In this document: piece after piece, positions 56,501 through 64,000 of the stretch
Numbering within the stretch: the first letter of the stretch is position 1
Layout of the letters: each line of letters starts with the position of its first letter
NCBI GenBank assembly: GCA_964016885.1
Contig: OZ024756.1
Span: 43,400,001-43,464,000 of the forward strand
Direction of reading: 5' to 3'
DNA length: 64,000 nt
From: Eledone cirrhosa
Taxonomy: Eukaryota
The notes under the pieces: generated by a model
The model's input: the letters and a program-made list of their open reading frames with translations, nothing else
The model's database searches: none
Told to the model about the DNA's origin: nothing
Position numbers and translations under genes: made by a program

Positions 56501-59500
56501 CATTGGACACACACTAGAGACAGACATCGGACACACACTAGAGACAGACATTGGACACACACTAGAGACAGACATTGGACACACACTAGAGAGAGATATT
56601 GGACACACACCAGACGCAGACATCGGACACACGCTAGAGACAAACATTGGACACACACACTTGAGAGAGACATTGGACACGCACTAGAGACAGACATTGG
56701 ACACACACTAGACAGACATTGGACACACACTAGAGACAGACATTGGACACACACTAGAGAGACATTGGACACACACTAGAGACAGACATTAGACACACAC
56801 TAGAGACAGACATTGAACACACACTAGAGACAGACATTGGACACACACTAGAGACAGACATTGGACACACACTAGAGACAGACATTGGACACACACTAGA
56901 GAGAGACATTAGACACACACTAGAGACATACATTGGACACACACTAGAGACAGACATTGGACACACACTAGAGAGAGACATTAGACACACACTAGAGACA
57001 TACATTGGACACACACTAGATACAGACATTGGACACACACTAGAGAGAGACATTGGACACACACTAGAGACAGACATTGAACACACACTAGAGAGAGACA
57101 TTGGACACACACTAGAGACAGACATTGGACACACACTAGAGACTGACATTGGACACACACTAGAGAGAGACATTGGACACACACTAGAGACAGACATTGG
57201 ACACACACTAGTCAGAGACATTTGACACACACTAGAGAGAGACATTGGACACACACTAGAGAGAGACATTGGACACACACTAGAGACAGACATTGGACAC
57301 ACACTAGAGACAGACATTGGACACACACTAGAGACAGACATTAGACACAGACTAGAGACAGACATTGGACACACACTAGTGAGAGACATTGGACACACAC
57401 TAGAGACAGACATTGGACACACACTAGAGACAGACATTGGACACACACTAGAGACAGACATTGGACACACATGAGAGACAGACATTGGACACACACTAGA
57501 CACACACACCAGAGACAGACATTGGACACACACTAGAGACAGACATTGGACACACACGAGAGACAGACATTGGACACACAGTAGAGACAGACATTGGACA
57601 CACACTAGACAGACATTGGACACACACTAGAGACAGACATTGGACACACACTAGAGACAGACATTAGACACACACTAGAGACAGACATTGGACGCACACT
57701 AGAGACAGACATTGGACACACACTAGAGACAGACATTGGACACACACTAGAAACAGATATTGGACACACACTAGAGACAGACATTGGACACACACTAGAG
57801 ACAGACATTGGACACACACTAGAGACAGACATTAGACACACATTAGAGACAGACATTGGACACACACTAGAGACAAACATTGGACACACACACTAGAGAG
57901 AGACATTTGACATGCACTAGAGACAGACATTGGACACACACTAGACAGACATTGGACACACACTAGAGACAGACATTGAACACACACTAGAGACAGACAT
58001 TGGACACATACTAGGGACAGACATTAGACACACACACCAAAGACAGACATTGGACACACACTAGAGACAGACAGTGGACACACACTAGAGACAGACATTG
58101 GACACACACACTAGAGACAGACATTGGACACACACTAGAAACAGACATTGGACACACACTAGAGACAGACATTGGACACACACTAGAGACAGACATTGGA
58201 CACACACTAGAGACAGACATTGGACACACACTAGAGACAGACATTAGACACACACTAGAGACAGACATTGGACACACACTAGAGACAGACATTGGACACA
58301 CACTAGAGACAGACATTGGACACACACTAGAGACAGACATTGGACACACACACTAGAGACAGACATTGGACACACACTAGAAACAGACATTGGACACACA
58401 CTAGAGACAGACATTGGACACACACTAGAAACAGACATTGGACACACACTAGAGACAGACATTAGACACACACTAGAGACAGACATTGGACACACACTAG
58501 AGACAGACATTGGACACACACTAGAGACAGACATTGGACACACACTAGAGACAGACATTAGACACACACTAGAGACAGACATTGGACACACACTAGAGAC
58601 AGACATTGGACACACGCTAGAGACAGACATTGGACACTCACTAGAAACAGACATTGGACACACACTAGAGACAGACATTAGACACACACTAGAGACAGAC
58701 ATTGGACACACACTAGAGACAGACATTGCACACACACTAGAGACGGAGATTGCACACAGACATTGGACACACACTAGAGAGAGATATTGGACACACGCTA
58801 GAGACAGACATTGGACACACACTAGAGACAGTCATAGGACACACACACTAGACACAGACATTAGTCACACACTAGAGACAGACATTGGACACACACTAGA
58901 GACAGGCATTGGACACACACTAGAGACAGACATTGGACACACACACTAGAGACAGACATTGGACACACACTAGAGACAGACATTAGACACACACTAGAGA
59001 CAGACATTGGACACACACTAGTGAGAGATATTGGACACACACACTAGAGACAGACATTGGAGACACACTAGAGACAGACATTGGACACACACTAGAGACA
59101 GACATCGGACACACACTAGAGACAGACATTGGACACACACTAGAGACAGACATTGGACACACACTAGAGAGAGATATTGGACACACACTAGACGCAGACA
59201 TCGGACACACGCTAGAGACAAACATTGGACACACACACTAGTGAGAGACATTGGACACGCACTAGAGACAGACATTGGACACACACTAGACAGACATTGG
59301 ACACACACTAGAGACAGACATTGGACACACACTAGAGACAGACATTGGACACACACTAGAGACAGACATAGGACACACACTAGAGACACACATTGGACAC
59401 ACACTAGAGACAGACATTGGACACACACTAGAGACAGACATTGGACACACACTAGAGACAGATATTAGACACACGCTAGAGACAGACATTGGACACACAC

Positions 59501-62500
59501 TAGAGACAGACATTGGACACACACTAGAGACAGGCATTGGAGACACACTAGAGATAGACATTGGACACACACTAGAGACAGACATTGGACACACACTAGA
59601 GACAGACATTGGACACACACTAGAGACGGACATTAGACACACACTAGAGACAGACATTGGACACACACTAGTGAGAAATATTGGACACACACACTAGAGG
59701 CAGACATTGGAGACACACTAGAGACAGACATTGGACACACACTAGAGACAGACGTCGGACACACACTAGAGACAGACATTGGACACACACTAGAGACAGA
59801 CATTGGACACACACAAGAGACAGATATTGGACACACAGTAGACGCAGACATCGGACACACACTAGAGACAAACATTGGACACACACACTAGAGAGAGACA
59901 TTGGACACGCACTAGAGACAGACATTGGACACACACTAGAGACAGACATTGGACACACACTAGAGACAGACATTGGACGCACAATAGAGACAGACATTGG
60001 ACACACACTAGCGACAGACATTGGACACACACTAGAGACAGACATTGGACACACACTAGAGACAGACATTGGACACACACTAGAGACAGACATTGGACAC
60101 ACACTAGAGACAGACATTAGACACACACTAGAGACAGACATTGGACACACGCTAGAGACAGACATTGGACACACACTAGAGACAGACATTGGACACACAC
60201 TAGAGACAGACATTAGACACACACTAGAGACAGACATCGGACACACACTAGAGACAGACATTGGACACACACTAGTGAGAGATATTGGACACACACACTA
60301 GAGACAGACATTGGAGACACACTAGAGACAGACATTGGACACACACTAGAGACAGACATCGGACACACACTAGAGACAGACATTGGACACACACTAGAGA
60401 CAGACATTGGACACACACTAGAGAGAGATATTGGACACACACTAGACGCAGACATCGGACACACGCTAGAGACAAACATTGGACACACACACTTGAGAGA
60501 GACATTGGACACGCACTAGAGACAGACATTGGACACACACTAGACAGACATTGGACACACACTAGAGACAGACATTGGACACACACTAGAGAGACATTGG
60601 ACACACACTAGAGACAGACATTAGACACACACTAGAGACAGACATTGAACACACACTAGAGACAGACATTGGACACACACTAGAGACAGACATTGGACAC
60701 ACACTAGAGACAGACATTGGACACACACTAGAGAGAGACATTAGACACACACTAGAGACATACATTGGACACACACTAGAGACAGACATTGGACACACAC
60801 TAGAGAGAGACATTAGACACACACTAGAGACATACATTGGACACACACTAGATACAGACATTGGACACACACTAGAGAGAGACATTGGACACACACTAGA
60901 GACAGACATTGAACACACACTAGAGAGAGACATTGGACACACACTAGAGACAGACATTGGACACACACTAGAGACTGACATTGGACACACACTAGAGAGA
61001 GACATTGGACACACACTAGAGACAGACATTGGACACACACTAGTCAGAGACATTTGACACACACTAGAGAGAGACATTGGACACACACTAGAGAGAGACA
61101 TTGGACACACACTAGAGACAGACATTGGACACACACTAGAGACAGACATTGGACACACACTAGAGACAGACATTAGACACAGACTAGAGACAGACATTGG
61201 ACACACACTAGTGAGAGACATTGGACACACACTAGAGACAGACATTGGACACACACTAGAGACAGACATTGGACACACACTAGAGACAGACATTGGACAC
61301 ACATGAGAGACAGACATTGGACACACACTAGACACACACACCAGAGACAGACATTGGACACACACTAGAGACAGACATTGGACACACACGAGAGACAGAC
61401 ATTGGACACACAGTAGAGACAGACATTGGACACACACTAGACAGACATTGGACACACACTAGAGACAGACATTGGACACACACTAGAGACAGACATTAGA
61501 CACACACTAGAGACAGACATTGGACGCACACTAGAGACAGACATTGGACACACACTAGAGACAGACATTGGACACACACTAGAAACAGATATTGGACACA
61601 CACTAGAGACAGACATTGGACACACACTAGAGACAGACATTGGACACACACTAGAGACAGACATTAGACACACATTAGAGACAGACATTGGACACACACT
61701 AGAGACAAACATTGGACACACACACTAGAGAGAGACATTTGACATGCACTAGAGACAGACATTGGACACACACTAGACAGACATTGGACACACACTAGAG
61801 ACAGACATTGAACACACACTAGAGACAGACATTGGACACATACTAGGGACAGACATTAGACACACACACCAAAGACAGACATTGGACACACACTAGAGAC
61901 AGACAGTGGACACACACTAGAGACAGACATTGGACACACACACTAGAGACAGACATTGGACACACACTAGAAACAGACATTGGACACACACTAGAGACAG
62001 ACATTGGACACACACTAGAGACAGACATTGGACACACACTAGAGACAGACATTGGACACACACTAGAGACAGACATTAGACACACACTAGAGACAGACAT
62101 TGGACACACACTAGAGACAGACATTGGACACACACTAGAGACAGACATTGGACACACACTAGAGACAGACATTGGACACACACACTAGAGACAGACATTG
62201 GACACACACTAGAAACAGACATTGGACACACACTAGAGACAGACATTGGACACACACTAGAAACAGACATTGGACACACACTAGAGACAGACATTAGACA
62301 CACACTAGAGACAGACATTGGACACACACTAGAGACAGACATTGGACACACACTAGAGACAGACATTGGACACACACTAGAGACAGACATTAGACACACA
62401 CTAGAGACAGACATTGGACACACACTAGAGACAGACATTGGACACACGCTAGAGACAGACATTGGACACTCACTAGAAACAGACATTGGACACACACTAG

Positions 62501-64000
62501 AGACAGACATTAGACACACACTAGAGACAGACATTGGACACACACTAGAGACAGACATTGCACACACACTAGAGACGGAGATTGCACACAGACATTGGAC
62601 ACACACTAGAGAGAGATATTGGACACACGCTAGAGACAGACATTGGACACACACTAGAGACAGTCATAGGACACACACACTAGACACAGACATTAGTCAC
62701 ACACTAGAGACAGACATTGGACACACACTAGAGACAGGCATTGGACACACACTAGAGACAGACATTGGACACACACTAGAGACAGACATTGGACACACAC
62801 TAGAGACAGACATTAGACACACACTAGAGACAGACATTGGACACACACTAGTGAGAGATATTGGACACACACACTAGAGACAGACATTGGAGACACACTA
62901 GAGACAGACATTGGACACACACTAGAGACAGACATCGGACACACACTAGAGACAGACATTGGACACACACTAGAGACAGACATTGGACACACACTAGAGA
63001 GAGATATTGGACACACACTAGACGCAGACATCGGACACACGCTAGAGACAAACATTGGACACACACACTAGTGAGAGACATTGGACACGCACTAGAGACA
63101 GACATTGGACACACACTAGACAGACATTGGACACACACTAGAGACAGACATTGGACACACACTAGAGACAGACATTGGACACACACTAGAGACAGACATA
63201 GGACACACACTAGAGACAGACATTGGACACACACTAGAGACAGACATTAGACACACACTAGAGACAGACATTGGACGCACACTAGAGACAGACATTGGAC
63301 ACACACTAGAGACAGACATTGGACACACACTAGAAACAGATATTGGACACACACTAGAGACAGACATTGGACACACACTAGAGACAGATATTGGACACAC
63401 ACTAGAGACAGACATTAGACACACATTAGAGACAGACATTGGACACACACTAGAGACAAACATTGGACACACACACTAGAGAGAGACATTTGACATGCAC
63501 TAGAGACAGACATTGGACACACACTAGACAGACATTGGACACACACTAGAGACAGACATTGAACACACACTAGAGACAGACATTGGACACATACTAGGGA
63601 CAGACATTAGACACACACACCAAAGACAGACATTGGACACACACTAGAGACAGACAGTGGACACACACTAGAGACAGACATTGGACACACACACTAGAGA
63701 CAGACATTGGACACACACTAGAAACAGACATTGGACACACACTAGAGACAGACATTGGACACACACTAGAGACAGACATTGGACACACACTAGAGACAGA
63801 CATTGGACACACACTAGAGACAGACATTAGACACACACTAGAGACAGACATTGGACACACACTAGAGACAGACATTGGACACACACTAGAGACAGACATT
63901 GGACACACACTAGAGACAGACATTGGACACACACACTAGAGACAGACATTGGACACACACTAGAAACAGACATTGGACACACACTAGAGACAGACATTGG
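41565..64000. repeat. 24-bp tandem satellite, right array (same monomer and orientation), runs off the window end; intronic, upstream of the C-type Ig exon of gene 1
   Basis: Same consensus as the left array. It begins abruptly at ~41565, about 33 bp from the splice acceptor at 41531-41532. Confidence 0.99.

Noticed and set aside
41565-64000. True immunoglobulin class-switch region or telomeric repeat
   Set aside because: The monomer has no AGCT or GGGG motifs and is not G-rich on the transcribed strand, and it has no TTAGGG. The switch analogy is positional only.

Overview
Eukaryotic, AT-rich animal DNA. The SINE family and microsatellite content point to an octopod cephalopod, but that assignment is an inference. 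About 47 kb of the 64 kb is one 24-bp satellite (CACACTAGAGACAGACATTGGACA) in two arrays, 1-~24.7 kb and ~41.57-64 kb; almost all listed ORFs are artefacts of it. The ~17-kb island between the arrays holds parts of two minus-strand immunoglobulin-superfamily (IgSF) membrane-protein genes lying head to tail. Gene 1 contributes its 3' end: a C-type Ig exon, a TM exon, a 26-nt micro-exon and a probable stop exon. Gene 2 contributes its 5' end: a signal-peptide exon and a V-like Ig exon. All six exons have canonical GT-AG sites and compatible phases. Both arrays therefore appear to fill the equivalent intron, between the V-like and C-type exons, of neighbouring paralogues. This suggests a tandem Ig-receptor cluster whose domains are separated by giant homologous satellite introns. 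The island also contains a near-full-length RTE LINE with two visible lesions, a Penelope-like remnant with an intact minimal hammerhead ribozyme ~280 bp upstream of the gene 2 ATG, a second hammerhead-like motif inside a foldback element, a 213-bp-arm foldback element with a nested hAT-type MITE, many SINE copies, and a local duplication of the LINE flanks.
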